In this document: piece by piece, positions 8,672 to 20,585 of the stretch
How positions within the stretch are numbered: the first letter of the stretch is position 1
Layout: every line of letters begins with the position of its first letter
From: Pseudomonadota bacterium
GTDB taxonomy: Bacteria > Pseudomonadota > Gammaproteobacteria > Poriferisulfidales > JAYYZZ01
Length of the DNA stretch: 64,000 nucleotides
Direction of reading: 5' to 3'
Assembly: GCA_036687665.1 (NCBI GenBank)
Contig: JAYYZZ010000003.1
Coordinates: forward strand, 68,129 to 132,128
Program-made: the position numbers and the translations under genes
The notes under the pieces: model-generated
The model's input: the letters and a program-made list of their open reading frames with translations, nothing else
Databases searched by the model: none
What the model was told of the DNA's origin: nothing

Positions 8672-8690
8672 GGTTTGGGAGGCCCAAACC
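8672..8690 (-). terminator. Hairpin downstream of rapZ (GGTTTGGG-agg-CCCAAACC)
   Basis: Perfect 8-bp GC-rich stem with a 3-nt loop, 25 nt after the rapZ stop. There is no clean U-tract on the minus strand, so its terminator function is uncertain. Confidence 0.35.
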
Positions 8691-8714
8691 CAAGAAAAAA
8701 TTTTTACAAAATAA

Positions 8715-9581
8715 TTACTTACCTAATTCTCTATGCCGCACACTAACCTCTAATTCTGAATTGTTACGAAAATGCTCTACCAATTTTTCAACCAAATAAA
8801 CAGATCTATGATAACCCCCTGTACACCCTATAGAGATATTGATATAGCTCCTATTGCTTTCTATAAAATCAGGTATCCAGCGATCTAAAAAAACTTTTAT
8901 ATTTTCAAACATTTCTTCCACTTCTTTGTGTTTTTTTAAGAATTCAATAACTTTCTCATCTAAGCCAGGTTTCCATCTAAGGTCCGGCTCCCAATGCGGG
9001 TTTGGTAAACATCGGACATCAAAAATAAAATCAGAATCATGGGGAGTGCCATGTTTAAAGCCAAATGATTGGAAAAGCAATGAAACGTTGTCATTTGAAC
9101 CTGTAATCCTGTCTTTTATAAGCTGGCGTAACTGATGAACATTTGTTTGGGTTGTGTCTATTTCGATGTCAGCATAACTAGAAATTGTGCGTAGTCTTTT
9201 TTCCTCTTCGATAATTGCTTCTTTTAAAGGCAGCCCATTTTTTGACAAAGGATGCCTCCTTCTTGTTTCATTAAAGCGCTTTAATAGTGTACCTATATCT
9301 GCTTTTAAAAACACAACAGTTAATTCAACTTCAAACTTTTTCAATTCTCGAAAAACTTTTTTTAAATCTTCTAAATGTTCAATCCCAGATCTCGCATCGA
9401 TCCCAATTGCCGTTTTTTCAAGTGAGCTAAATAAATCATCTGGCTGCGATAAAAGGTCAGCAAAGTTTAAGAGCAAGGATGGCAGTAAATTATCTATACA
9501 GTAGTAACCTTCATCTTCTAAAGTATTTAGAGCAATAGATTTTCCTGAGCCTGATAAACCTGTAACAATAATTAGTTTCAT
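8715..9581 (-). CDS. rapZ: RNase adapter protein RapZ (YhbJ)
   Basis: P-loop GLSGSGKS and a C-terminal CTGGYHRSV-type motif. Its start overlaps the rpoN stop (ATGA). Confidence 0.9.
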   Translation of the reverse strand: MKLIIVTGLSGSGKSIALNTLEDEGYYCIDNLLPSLLLNFADLLSQPDDLFSSLEKTAIGIDARSGIEHLEDLKKVFRELKKFEVELTVVFLKADIGTLLKRFNETRRRHPLSKNGLPLKEAIIEEEKRLRTISSYADIEIDTTQTNVHQLRQLIKDRITGSNDNVSLLFQSFGFKHGTPHDSDFIFDVRCLPNPHWEPDLRWKPGLDEKVIEFLKKHKEVEEMFENIKVFLDRWIPDFIESNRSYINISIGCTGGYHRSVYLVEKLVEHFRNNSELEVSVRHRELGK

Positions 9582-10987
9582 TTAATTTTTTTACGTTCGC
9601 TTACGGGCAAAATATTCATTTCAGAACGGTATTTTGCAACTGTTCTTCTAGCCAATATAATTCCTTGTTTGTTTAAACCCTTTGTTATCTCAATATCACT
9701 CAGGGGTTTCGTTGCAAGCTCTTCATCAACAAGTTTTTTTATTACAGCTTTTATTGATGTTGCAGAGCATGGACTTCCATCTTTAGCATTTACGTAATTT
9801 GAAAAGAAATATTTTAATTCATAAATCCCCTTGGGGGTATGCAAATATTTTTGAGTTGTAGCTCGTGATATTGTTGATTCGTGCATTTTTAATTTTTTTG
9901 CTATGTCCTCTAAAATTAAAGGTCGCATTTGCTCATCTCCATATTCAAGGAATTTTTGCTGAGCTTTAACAATCTCTTCTGTTACTTTCAATAGTGTTTC
10001 ATTTCTGTTTTTCAAATTCTGAAGAAACCACTTAGCGTCTTGCAACTTTTCTTTCATGTATAAATTATCTTTACTTCTATCTGATTTTTGCACTAAAGAT
10101 GCATATTGCTCATTGATATGTACTTTAGGCGCCAGGTCTGGATTTAATGTTATTGCCCACGAGCTATCTATCTTTTTTACATACACATCAGGAATAACAT
10201 ATTTTGGGGCGGCTTTATTTATAGATGCACCTGGTTTTGGGTTAAGAGATTTTATAAGGCTAAAAATATCGTCTAATTGATCTTCAGTTAAATTATAGTT
10301 GCGGGAGAGTTTTTTAGTGTCGTTTTTTGCAACAGACTCAAGGTCATTTTCCACGATAAGGATTGCTTTTTCTGAGCACGGTGAGCTCTTTTGTAATGCT
10401 TTTATTTGTATAGCTAGACACTCGCTTGCAGTTCTTGAGGCACAACCAACAGGATCAAATTCTTGAACTACTCGCAATACTTTATTGACTTGTTTTCTGC
10501 TTAATCCTAGCTCATCAACTGCACTTTTACATAATTCATCATACGGTTCATTTAAATAACCGTCATCATTTATGGCGTCTATTATTGCTATGCCTGCAAC
10601 TTTTTCTTCAGGACTTAGCCCTCCTGCCATATTGAGCTGCCATTGTAAGTGACTTTGCAGAGATTCGCTTGAATGTGCTTGATTCAAAACCAAATCATGT
10701 ATATTAGATTTTTTATATGACCCATCTGAAGATGCTGTAAAAATATTTTCTAAATATCTTGTAATTTCTTCAGCAGCTCGTTCTTTAGTTTTATTTTCCT
10801 CGCCAGTATCCTGAGATTCTTTTATTACAATCTCATCATCCTTTTCTAACATTGGATTAGTTTCGAAATTTTTTTGTATCTCTGCAAGTAACTCTATATT
10901 AGATAATTGCAGTAGCTCAATTGCTTTACGTAATTGTGGCGAAATGCCAAGGCGTTGAACCAGCTGTAAATTTAGTGAAGTTTTCAT
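9578..10987 (-). CDS. rpoN: RNA polymerase sigma-54
   Basis: N-terminal Q/L-rich region, HTH and RpoN box ARRTVAKYR. Confidence 0.95.
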   Translation of the reverse strand: MKTSLNLQLVQRLGISPQLRKAIELLQLSNIELLAEIQKNFETNPMLEKDDEIVIKESQDTGEENKTKERAAEEITRYLENIFTASSDGSYKKSNIHDLVLNQAHSSESLQSHLQWQLNMAGGLSPEEKVAGIAIIDAINDDGYLNEPYDELCKSAVDELGLSRKQVNKVLRVVQEFDPVGCASRTASECLAIQIKALQKSSPCSEKAILIVENDLESVAKNDTKKLSRNYNLTEDQLDDIFSLIKSLNPKPGASINKAAPKYVIPDVYVKKIDSSWAITLNPDLAPKVHINEQYASLVQKSDRSKDNLYMKEKLQDAKWFLQNLKNRNETLLKVTEEIVKAQQKFLEYGDEQMRPLILEDIAKKLKMHESTISRATTQKYLHTPKGIYELKYFFSNYVNAKDGSPCSATSIKAVIKKLVDEELATKPLSDIEITKGLNKQGIILARRTVAKYRSEMNILPVSERKKIK

Positions 10988-11016
10988 TTTTTATATGCGT
11001 TTCTTTCAAAGATATA

Positions 11017-11739
11017 CTATAAGCGGAAATCTTCACCCAGATAAACATCTTTTACCCGTTTATTTTTTAAAATATCTTCTGGAGAACCTTGTGTAATTAT
11101 ACCTCTATCACCTAATATGTATGCTCTGTCACATATTCCTAAGGTCTCTCTAACATTGTGGTCAGTAATTAATATTCCTATTCCCCTTTTTTTCAAATGA
11201 GTAATAAGTGTTTGTATATCTAAAACAGATATAGGGTCGATTCCTGCAAAAGGTTCATCAAGTAGGATGAAAGAAGGTTCTGATGCAAGAGCACGCGCAA
11301 TTTCAACTCGACGTCTCTCTCCTCCTGATAAGCTTATCCCTTGTGAGTGGCGTATGTGAGAGATATTAAACTCTTGCAAAAGTTTTTCGCACTTTTCTTC
11401 ACGCTCATCTCTTTTGATAGCGAGTGTTTCTAATACTGCTAGTATATTGTCTTGGACAGATAGCTTGCGGAAGACAGAAGGTTCTTGGGGTAGGTAGCCA
11501 ATACCTTTTCGGGCCCTCACATCCATTGGGAGTGATGTCAAATCTTCCCCATTCAATATAATTTTTCCACTGTCGCAGGGTATCAAACCTATAATCATAT
11601 AAAAACACGTGGTTTTTCCTGCACCATTAGGACCTAACAATCCTACGATCTCCCCCCGATCTAGATCTAAAGAGACTTCATTAACAATATCTTTTGATTT
11701 ATATGATTTTTTTAGTTTAGAGGCTGATAATTTGCTCAC
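11017..11739 (-). CDS. lptB: LPS export ABC transporter ATPase LptB
   Basis: Walker [10 protein letters not shown], signature LSGGERRR. Sits between lptA and rpoN. Confidence 0.95.
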   Translation of the reverse strand: MSKLSASKLKKSYKSKDIVNEVSLDLDRGEIVGLLGPNGAGKTTCFYMIIGLIPCDSGKIILNGEDLTSLPMDVRARKGIGYLPQEPSVFRKLSVQDNILAVLETLAIKRDEREEKCEKLLQEFNISHIRHSQGISLSGGERRRVEIARALASEPSFILLDEPFAGIDPISVLDIQTLITHLKKRGIGILITDHNVRETLGICDRAYILGDRGIITQGSPEDILKNKRVKDVYLGEDFRL

Positions 11740-12260
11740 TTATTTTTGCCGTTTTGTTCATTTTTTGGGACAAGTGTCATACGAACGCGTGAGTTTTTGC
11801 CTTTAGTTCCAGCACTTACTTCTTGATTCTTTGTAAAGTAAATAATCTTATTACTAGCTACTTTGTCTTCACCTTGGGTGAGTACTGCATTGTTTGTTAA
11901 GATAATCTTTTCTTGACCTATAAAATGCTCAATCTTTTTTGCTACTGCAGTAATTAACTTTCCTTCGTCATTGATTTGTCTGTATGTGCACCTTTTCCCC
12001 TCTGCACGCATATATTTTACTTTTTTTCCTGGCGCATATACTGTTAGAACATCTCCCGTTATTTCAAGGCTTCCTTGGTTTAATTTTACATTACCCCTGT
12101 AGACACTTGTGCTTGTTTTATCATCCCATTTCGCAGAATCAGATTCGAGCAGTATAGGTTGCTGAGCGTCTGATGATAAAGAGCTAGAAATGCCAGAAAA
12201 GACACTTATATATACAGAAACAAAAAATACCAACAGCCCTTTATTGTTCATAAAACCCAC
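11736..12260 (-). CDS. lptA: LPS transport periplasmic protein LptA
   Basis: Signal peptide plus OstA-like fold, positioned in lptC-lptA-lptB order. The start may be the ATG at 12251. Confidence 0.85.
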   Translation of the reverse strand: MGFMNNKGLLVFFVSVYISVFSGISSSLSSDAQQPILLESDSAKWDDKTSTSVYRGNVKLNQGSLEITGDVLTVYAPGKKVKYMRAEGKRCTYRQINDEGKLITAVAKKIEHFIGQEKIILTNNAVLTQGEDKVASNKIIYFTKNQEVSAGTKGKNSRVRMTLVPKNEQNGKNK

Positions 12261-12807
12261 TTGTATTTTCTAGTAAAATGAATTCACCTTCTTTTAAGCT
12301 TGCTTTCATCCCTTTACCCTTTAGCAGCTGGTTCTTTCTAGAGATCTTTACATCAGTATCTGACAAAGCTAGGCGGTCTTTAAGGTATATATACATTTCT
12401 TCTGTTTTCATTACCACGCTGGCTTTTTTAGCACTTTGTTTATAGTCTATATAAACTTTGCCGTTTAGGCGTATATTTTCTCTCTTATAAGCAAACCGAG
12501 CGCGTTCTGCAACTATAAATGTAGGCGGTTTTTCCGTGTTTTGGGAATACAGTGTAATTTCTGGATAGTCAATATCAATTGTCTCGCTATTTTCATACTG
12601 TTGCATTTTTGGTGTTTTAGTATGGAAATATGGTTTTCCCTGCTCATCCATAGCTATATAAGATACTTGTTCGAAGATATTGTTTGGAACACTTTGCAAT
12701 TGATCTTTTGTTTTAAGTTTTATGTATTCTCTATTTGCTTGAAGTGTTAAAACCAATATTGAAACAGCAATAATTGCAAAAAATATAATAACGTTGCGTA
12801 AATTCAT
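12241..12807 (-). CDS. lptC: LPS export protein LptC
   Basis: N-terminal TM anchor, about 188 aa, located between kdsC and lptA. Confidence 0.8.
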   Translation of the reverse strand: MNLRNVIIFFAIIAVSILVLTLQANREYIKLKTKDQLQSVPNNIFEQVSYIAMDEQGKPYFHTKTPKMQQYENSETIDIDYPEITLYSQNTEKPPTFIVAERARFAYKRENIRLNGKVYIDYKQSAKKASVVMKTEEMYIYLKDRLALSDTDVKISRKNQLLKGKGMKASLKEGEFILLENTSGFYEQ

Positions 12808-13343
12808 TTTTTCTTTTCTTCCAAATAATATGACAAAGCTTGTTCAAGCAGGTTCTTTGATTCTAAAATTAGCTCGCACACCTCTCTCACGGCTCCAGCA
12901 CCACCATTATTTTTTGTGACAAGGTCTGCATGTTTTTTAACAAGAGGGTGCGCATCTGCTACAGCAACCGCAAAACCGACATGAGGCATGATTTGTAGAT
13001 CAACAACATCATCCCCGACGTAACATACTTCTTCTTTTCTCAAGCTTAGCTGATCAAGAGCGTCATTTAGATCCATTAGTTTATCTCGGCTGCCCTGATA
13101 GACTAAATTGATTCCTAGCTCTTTCATTCTTATTGCAACCACATTTGATGTACGACCGCTGATTATTGCTATTTTTGTTCCATAGTGTTGTAACATCTTC
13201 ATACCGTGCCCATCAGCAACATTGAAAGCTTTTGATTCTTGCCCGTTATCATTAAATATTATCTTTCCGTCAGTTAGAACGCCATCAACGTCAAGTACTA
13301 ATAATTCTACTTTGGCTACTTTTTCTTTATTAGTCATTTTCAA
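12804..13343 (-). CDS. kdsC: KDO-8-phosphate phosphatase
   Basis: HAD motif LVLDVDGVLTDG and ...YVGDDVVD. Confidence 0.9.
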   Translation of the reverse strand: MKMTNKEKVAKVELLVLDVDGVLTDGKIIFNDNGQESKAFNVADGHGMKMLQHYGTKIAIISGRTSNVVAIRMKELGINLVYQGSRDKLMDLNDALDQLSLRKEEVCYVGDDVVDLQIMPHVGFAVAVADAHPLVKKHADLVTKNNGGAGAVREVCELILESKNLLEQALSYYLEEKKK

Positions 13344-14314
13344 GTTATCCCGCAGTTTAGTAGATCATGCATGTTTAATGCTCCTACAAGCTGTTTGCTA
13401 TTATCGATCACTGGCGCTGCATTGATTTTTTTCTCATTAAAAATGTGAAGTACTGAAGTTGCAAGCTGCTCACTATCAATTGCGTAACAATTTTTTGTCA
13501 TTACTTCTTCTATTGCAGTTGTTTGAATATCAAAAGCACTATCTAGCGAACGACGTAAATCACCATCAGTATATACGCCTATAATCTTTTGTTTTTCTAG
13601 CACGACAGCCATACCCATACCTTTGGATGAGATTTCAATTAACACATCCTTGAGTTTTGCTCCTTTATGAACGATTGGTATTTGCTGGCCTGTACGCATA
13701 ACATCTTTTGCACGCAGTGTGAGTCTTTTCCCAAGCTGCCCGCTTGGATGTGATCTAGCAAACTCTTCTAGGTTAAAGTCTTTCGTCTGTATTAATGCAA
13801 TTGCGAGCGCGTCACCCATAACTAAGGCAGCTGTTGTGCTCGAAGTCGGAGCAAGGTCTAAAGGGCATGCTTCTTTTGCCACACTAACATCTATACATAC
13901 GTTGGCTTTTTTTGCTAGCTTTGATTTTAAGTTTCCTGTTAACACAATTAATTTGATATTTAGGTTTGATAGTGTTGGTACTATATTAATTAGTTCTTCT
14001 GTTTCCCCTGAATTCGAAAGCATAATGACAACATCTTGGCTGGTAATCATTCCAAGATCTCCATGCCCTGCTTCGGCAGGGTGCACAAAGAACGCCGGAT
14101 TTCCTGTACTGGATAATGTTGCAGCAATTTTTTGACCAATATGTCCAGATTTACCTATCCCTATGATGGCAATGCGTCCCTCACAATTTGTGATTATTTC
14201 GCAAGCTTCAACGAAAGAGTTATCTACCCTGTCCGCTAATGCGGCCACTGCTTCTAGCTCTGTCTGTATCAGTTCTTTTGCTGTTTGAATAATTTGTTTT
14301 TTATCTATGTTCAT
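13340..14314 (-). CDS. kdsD: Arabinose-5-phosphate isomerase
   Basis: SIS domain (GIGKSGHIG) plus a CBS pair. The ATG at 14314 overlaps the yrbG stop (ATGA); the track ORF extends to 14368. Confidence 0.9.
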   Translation of the reverse strand: MNIDKKQIIQTAKELIQTELEAVAALADRVDNSFVEACEIITNCEGRIAIIGIGKSGHIGQKIAATLSSTGNPAFFVHPAEAGHGDLGMITSQDVVIMLSNSGETEELINIVPTLSNLNIKLIVLTGNLKSKLAKKANVCIDVSVAKEACPLDLAPTSSTTAALVMGDALAIALIQTKDFNLEEFARSHPSGQLGKRLTLRAKDVMRTGQQIPIVHKGAKLKDVLIEISSKGMGMAVVLEKQKIIGVYTDGDLRRSLDSAFDIQTTAIEEVMTKNCYAIDSEQLATSVLHIFNEKKINAAPVIDNSKQLVGALNMHDLLNCGIT

Positions 14315-15321
14315 AAGGAAAAATTTGTAAGGAATTCTGGATTGTATGTCCGTAAATAATTGAAGCACATGTACAATGCATATGATATTACCAAGCCAAA
14401 TCCAACAGTCCTGCTAATTACAACATTTTTTTTAGGTTGCAAGCATATTATTAGCAAAATTCCAATTAAAGTTAGCATGAATGGGAAGTCCCCAGTAATA
14501 ACATAATTTGTGACAAAAAATTCTTCCGTGCTTCGAAACGGGTGAATTATAGCAGGCAGCCCTAGCACAGCTGTGATGTTGAATAGACCTGAGCCGATTA
14601 TATTTCCTGTCGCTATTCCATGGTGTCCTTTTATGGCACCTACAACCGACGCTGTAATTTCTGGGAGGCTCGTTCCAATTGCTACAATCGTAAGTCCAAT
14701 CACTAATTCACTGATGCCAAAACTTCTTGCAATAAAGGAACCGCTCTCAATTAGGAGTTGCGAGCCTGCAGTAAGGAGAGCTAATCCAACAAGCAAGTAC
14801 ATAATTGAGTTGGCGAGCGACATCTCTTTTACTAATTGTGTATTAACTGCTTCATCGGGAATAGTTTTTGTTTTCATTGCCACACGAATACTTAAGATCA
14901 ATATAAATGGGAGGAAACCAAACAGCAAGATACCGTTCCACTGATCATGTAGCCCGTCTGATAGCAACCACCACGCTAATATTGAGAGTCCAAGCCAAAT
15001 AGGAAGTTCAGTTTTTCCGAGAGTTTTATCCATTTTTATAGGTATTATCATTGCAGTTAGACCCAACCCTAAAGTGATGTTAGTGATGTTCGAACCGATT
15101 GTTGTCCCTAAAGAGATTTGCGAAGTTCCCTCGAAAGCAGCCATTACAGATACAAAGAGTTCAGGGGATGAGGTTCCAAACCCAACAATTACAATACCTA
15201 TTAAAAGCGGCGGAGCACTGAAATATCGTGCTAGCGCAACAGAGCCATCAATAAAACGATTCGTTCCCCAATACAGAAGAATGAACCCTAGAATTGCAAA
15301 TAAATGATAATATTGATCCAC
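14311..15321 (-). CDS. yrbG: Ca2+/Na+ antiporter family protein (YrbG-like)
   Basis: Two Na_Ca_ex repeats (GTSSPEL, GTSLPE) and about 10 TM helices. Same position as E. coli yrbG, upstream of kdsD. Confidence 0.85.
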   Translation of the reverse strand: MDQYYHLFAILGFILLYWGTNRFIDGSVALARYFSAPPLLIGIVIVGFGTSSPELFVSVMAAFEGTSQISLGTTIGSNITNITLGLGLTAMIIPIKMDKTLGKTELPIWLGLSILAWWLLSDGLHDQWNGILLFGFLPFILILSIRVAMKTKTIPDEAVNTQLVKEMSLANSIMYLLVGLALLTAGSQLLIESGSFIARSFGISELVIGLTIVAIGTSLPEITASVVGAIKGHHGIATGNIIGSGLFNITAVLGLPAIIHPFRSTEEFFVTNYVITGDFPFMLTLIGILLIICLQPKKNVVISRTVGFGLVISYALYMCFNYLRTYNPEFLTNFSL

Positions 15322-15392
15322 AGGCAGCTTGTGTAAAAATTATTTTCTGATTATACACAATGCTTTAATTGACCGACTAAAAAAGGAATCAT

Positions 15393-17894
15393 GTGAGAGC
15401 TTGGATCGTCAAACAATATGACAATTTAGTGATTTCTAGGCCACTAATAACCCTGATTTTGATGTTAATTGTGATCGGGTTTTTTTCAACTTTTGTGCCA
15501 AACTTTAAACTGGATGCATCAGCTGATTCATTGTTATTAGAGAATGATCAGGACTTAAAATATTACCGCCAAACAAGCGCCCGCTATGCCAGCGATGATT
15601 TTCTGGTTATTACATATAAATCAAAGGGCGATTTATTATCTGAAAGCAGCCTATCTGACCTGAATGCTTTACAAAATAAGCTAGAGGCTCTTGACCGCGT
15701 GAGCGACGTTATCACAATTTTAGATGTGCCCCTAATTAATAGCCCGCAAATGACGATGGGAGAGCTTACACAAGGTATTAGAACATTACATCACCCTGAT
15801 GTTAGTAAAATTCTTGCTAAGCAAGAGTTTATAGAAAGCCCGTTTTATAGAAATTTGTTAATGAGCCCAAATGGAGAAACAACAGTACTGCTTGTCAATT
15901 TCAATCGAGACCAAAAGTATTACGATTTATTAAATAGTCGAAACACATTAAGAGAGATTAAACTAGAAAGATCTCTTTCTGATGCAGAAAGTATAGAGCT
16001 AGAAAAGGCTACCTCAGCTTTTAGCGAATACAGTGCTCTAGTGGCCCAAAATCAAAAGAAGGATATCTCTGATGTCCGTCACATCATGAATGAGCATAGA
16101 GCGAATGCCAACATGTTTTTGGGAGGCATTCCCATGATTACTTCAGACATGATTGACTACATCGATAGTGATCTAAAAGTATTTGGAGCAGGGGTATTTA
16201 TATTCTTGCTGCTTATGCTTATAACTATTTATCGTTCAGTACGGTGGGTAGCGCTGCCATTACTTGGGTGTTCTTTAGCAGTAGTCATGATGATAGGCAT
16301 GCTTGGCTTTTTAGACTGGCGTGTTACCGTGATTTCATCTAATTTTGTTTCCTTGCTGCTAATTATTACTATGTCAATGACAATACATCTTGTCGTTCGT
16401 TATCGTGAGATGCATTCTCGTTTCCCAAACGAAAACAAAGAATCTTTGGTGAAGCAAGTTGTGCATTTTATGTTTATCCCTTGCGTTTATACGTCTCTTA
16501 CAACAATTGTTGCTTTTATATCTCTTCTTGTTAGCAATATTCGCCCCGTTATTGATTTTGGATATATGATGACTATGGGAATTACCGCTGCCTTTCTAAT
16601 TACTTTCATTTTATTCCCTTCGGTGTTAATGATTTTAAAACAAGGAAAGAGCCAGAATGAGAACGATTTTACAAAAACACTTACACTGAGTTTTGCATCA
16701 TTTACACAAAAGAATACAAAAAAGATTATTTTGATTGCTTCTTTCATTGCAATTTTCAGTGGTTTTGGTATTGCGCAATTGCAAGTTGAAAATCGTTTTA
16801 TTGACTATTTCCATGAAGACACAGAGATACACCAAGGAATGTTAGAAATTGACCAACAGCTTGGAGGCACAACTCCACTAGATATTATTCTGGATGCAGA
16901 TCCTAATTTCATAGCGCAACAAGAGAGTAATCAAAATTTAGAAACAGAGGAAGATGAGTTTTTAGACGACATGGATGAGCTTTTTGGTGATGAGGATGAT
17001 CAACCCCCGGGTTTCTGGTTCAATAAGCCTAAATTAGCAGAAATACGTAAAGTACATGATTACTTAGATAGCTTGCCAGAGGTAGGAAAAGTTTTATCAC
17101 TCACTACGCTTGTACGTATGGCAGAAATAGTTAATGAGGGAGAATCTTTAGATGACATCCAAGTGGGAGCAATGCGTGAAGCGCTGCCTTCAGATGTGCA
17201 GGATGTTTTAGTCAGGCCGTTTTTATCCGAGGATGCTAATCAGACCCGTTTAACATTGCGAGTTATTGATTCCAACCACTCACTTAAAAGAAAAGATCTT
17301 ATACAAAAGATTAGTCATTTTTTGGAAAATGAAATGGGTTATAGCCAAGATGTTTTTCACATAACTGGCATGCTAGTACTCTACAATAATATGTTACAAA
17401 GTTTGTATGCCTCGCAAATTCAGACTATTGGGTTTGTATTTTTTTCAATATTAATTATGTTTTTAGTGTTGTTCCGCTCTTTTTCTCTGGCCATAATTGC
17501 GATATTGCCAAATATGTTACCAGCTGTACTCGTTCTTGGTTTTATGGGCTGGAAAGGGATACCACTTGATATGATGACTATAACGATCGCGGCAATAAGT
17601 GTTGGTATAGCTGTTGACAACACTATCCATTATATTGTTCGTTTCAGACGAGAATTTCCTGTAGATAGGGACTATCTGGCTACTGTTAGGCGCTGCCATG
17701 GTAGTATTGGAAAGGCAATGTATTATACTTCGATAACTATAATAGTTGGTTTTTCGATTCTTGCACTATCAAATTTTATACCTACTATCTATTTCGGGTT
17801 GCTTACTGGTTTGGCGATGTTTACCGCACTTTTATCGTCTCTCACTTTTTTGCCAGCGCTTTTAATTGCTCTAAAACCCCTTGGTAGGTCATAA
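15393..17894 (+). CDS. RND-superfamily exporter, MMPL/HpnN-like (COG1033-type)
   Basis: 833 aa arranged as TM1, a large periplasmic loop, a 5-TM bundle, TM7, a second large loop with an acidic insert (EEDEFLDDMDELFGDEDD), and a second 5-TM bundle. GTG start. Confidence 0.8.
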   Translation: MRAWIVKQYDNLVISRPLITLILMLIVIGFFSTFVPNFKLDASADSLLLENDQDLKYYRQTSARYASDDFLVITYKSKGDLLSESSLSDLNALQNKLEALDRVSDVITILDVPLINSPQMTMGELTQGIRTLHHPDVSKILAKQEFIESPFYRNLLMSPNGETTVLLVNFNRDQKYYDLLNSRNTLREIKLERSLSDAESIELEKATSAFSEYSALVAQNQKKDISDVRHIMNEHRANANMFLGGIPMITSDMIDYIDSDLKVFGAGVFIFLLLMLITIYRSVRWVALPLLGCSLAVVMMIGMLGFLDWRVTVISSNFVSLLLIITMSMTIHLVVRYREMHSRFPNENKESLVKQVVHFMFIPCVYTSLTTIVAFISLLVSNIRPVIDFGYMMTMGITAAFLITFILFPSVLMILKQGKSQNENDFTKTLTLSFASFTQKNTKKIILIASFIAIFSGFGIAQLQVENRFIDYFHEDTEIHQGMLEIDQQLGGTTPLDIILDADPNFIAQQESNQNLETEEDEFLDDMDELFGDEDDQPPGFWFNKPKLAEIRKVHDYLDSLPEVGKVLSLTTLVRMAEIVNEGESLDDIQVGAMREALPSDVQDVLVRPFLSEDANQTRLTLRVIDSNHSLKRKDLIQKISHFLENEMGYSQDVFHITGMLVLYNNMLQSLYASQIQTIGFVFFSILIMFLVLFRSFSLAIIAILPNMLPAVLVLGFMGWKGIPLDMMTITIAAISVGIAVDNTIHYIVRFRREFPVDRDYLATVRRCHGSIGKAMYYTSITIIVGFSILALSNFIPTIYFGLLTGLAMFTALLSSLTFLPALLIALKPLGRS

Positions 17895-17976
17895 AAAAAA
17901 TTGGTGTAAGTAAATAAATTTGGTACATTGTGCAGTCTAATTTTAGAAAAGTGAAAGGATTTTTACGAATAAAGTT

Positions 17977-18612
17977 ATGTCAAGATTAGCCATATATATA
18001 AAACCTATACATTTTGCATTTATATGCATATTCCTCTTTGGATTAGGTTACTTCGGTAATAGCTTTGCAGCTGAGCAACCTCAAGAGCGAATTAAGGCTA
18101 CTGCTGATAAATTGTTGATATCAATACACGAGAATAAATCTACTTATGAAAAAAATGAGGATCTTCTGTTTAACTTTGTTGATCAAACACTATCGCCAAT
18201 CCTTGATTTTGATGCTTTGACCAAGCAAATTCTGGGGAGAAAGCATTACAGTCAAGCAACCCCAGAACAAAGACTCAAATTTGCCGATGCACTGAAATGG
18301 CAATTAATACGACTTTATTCAAAAACAATTTTGCAGCATTCGCACGCGAAGGTCGGTTATTTACCAGAGAACAAAAAAGGTACCGGCAAGATTCGTTTTG
18401 TGCGTACCGAGCTTTATCTTGGAGGCGGGCAACGTCCATTCAAGGTTGATTACGCTATGAGGCAAACTCATGGAGAATGGAAAATAGTGGAAGTAGTGGC
18501 CAATGGTATACGTTTGGTAAAAAGCTTGCGTAACACTTTCCAGCCTGAAATTGAACAAACAGGTATAGCCGCGGTTATAAAACGTTTGAATGAAACACAG
18601 GCAATTGATTAG
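17977..18612 (+). CDS. mlaC: Periplasmic lipid-binding protein MlaC/Ttg2D family
   Basis: Signal peptide ...GNSFA|AEQP. MlaC-like blocks ILDFDALTKQILGRKHY, TPEQRLKFADALKWQLIRLYS and GEWKIVEVVANGIRLVKSLRNTF. Lies upstream of murA, as in the mla operon. Confidence 0.8.
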   Translation: MSRLAIYIKPIHFAFICIFLFGLGYFGNSFAAEQPQERIKATADKLLISIHENKSTYEKNEDLLFNFVDQTLSPILDFDALTKQILGRKHYSQATPEQRLKFADALKWQLIRLYSKTILQHSHAKVGYLPENKKGTGKIRFVRTELYLGGGQRPFKVDYAMRQTHGEWKIVEVVANGIRLVKSLRNTFQPEIEQTGIAAVIKRLNETQAID

Positions 18613-18663
18613 AGCTTATTTTATTATTTTAAAAATAAGTACAAATAAATCTTGTCTCAATAG

Positions 18664-20573
<1,910 letters not shown>

Positions 20574-20585
20574 ATAAAACAAACA

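Noticed and set aside
8626-8714. A possible Mg2+ riboswitch (M-box) leader upstream of mgtE.
   Set aside because: Only about 90 nt are available, much shorter than an M-box aptamer as I recall it. The single hairpin is better explained as the rapZ 3' structure.
18613-18650. An AT-only inverted repeat (CTTATTTT...AAAATAAG) after mlaC as a possible terminator.
   Set aside because: A stem made entirely of A/T pairs has negligible stability, and murA follows closely and is probably co-transcribed.
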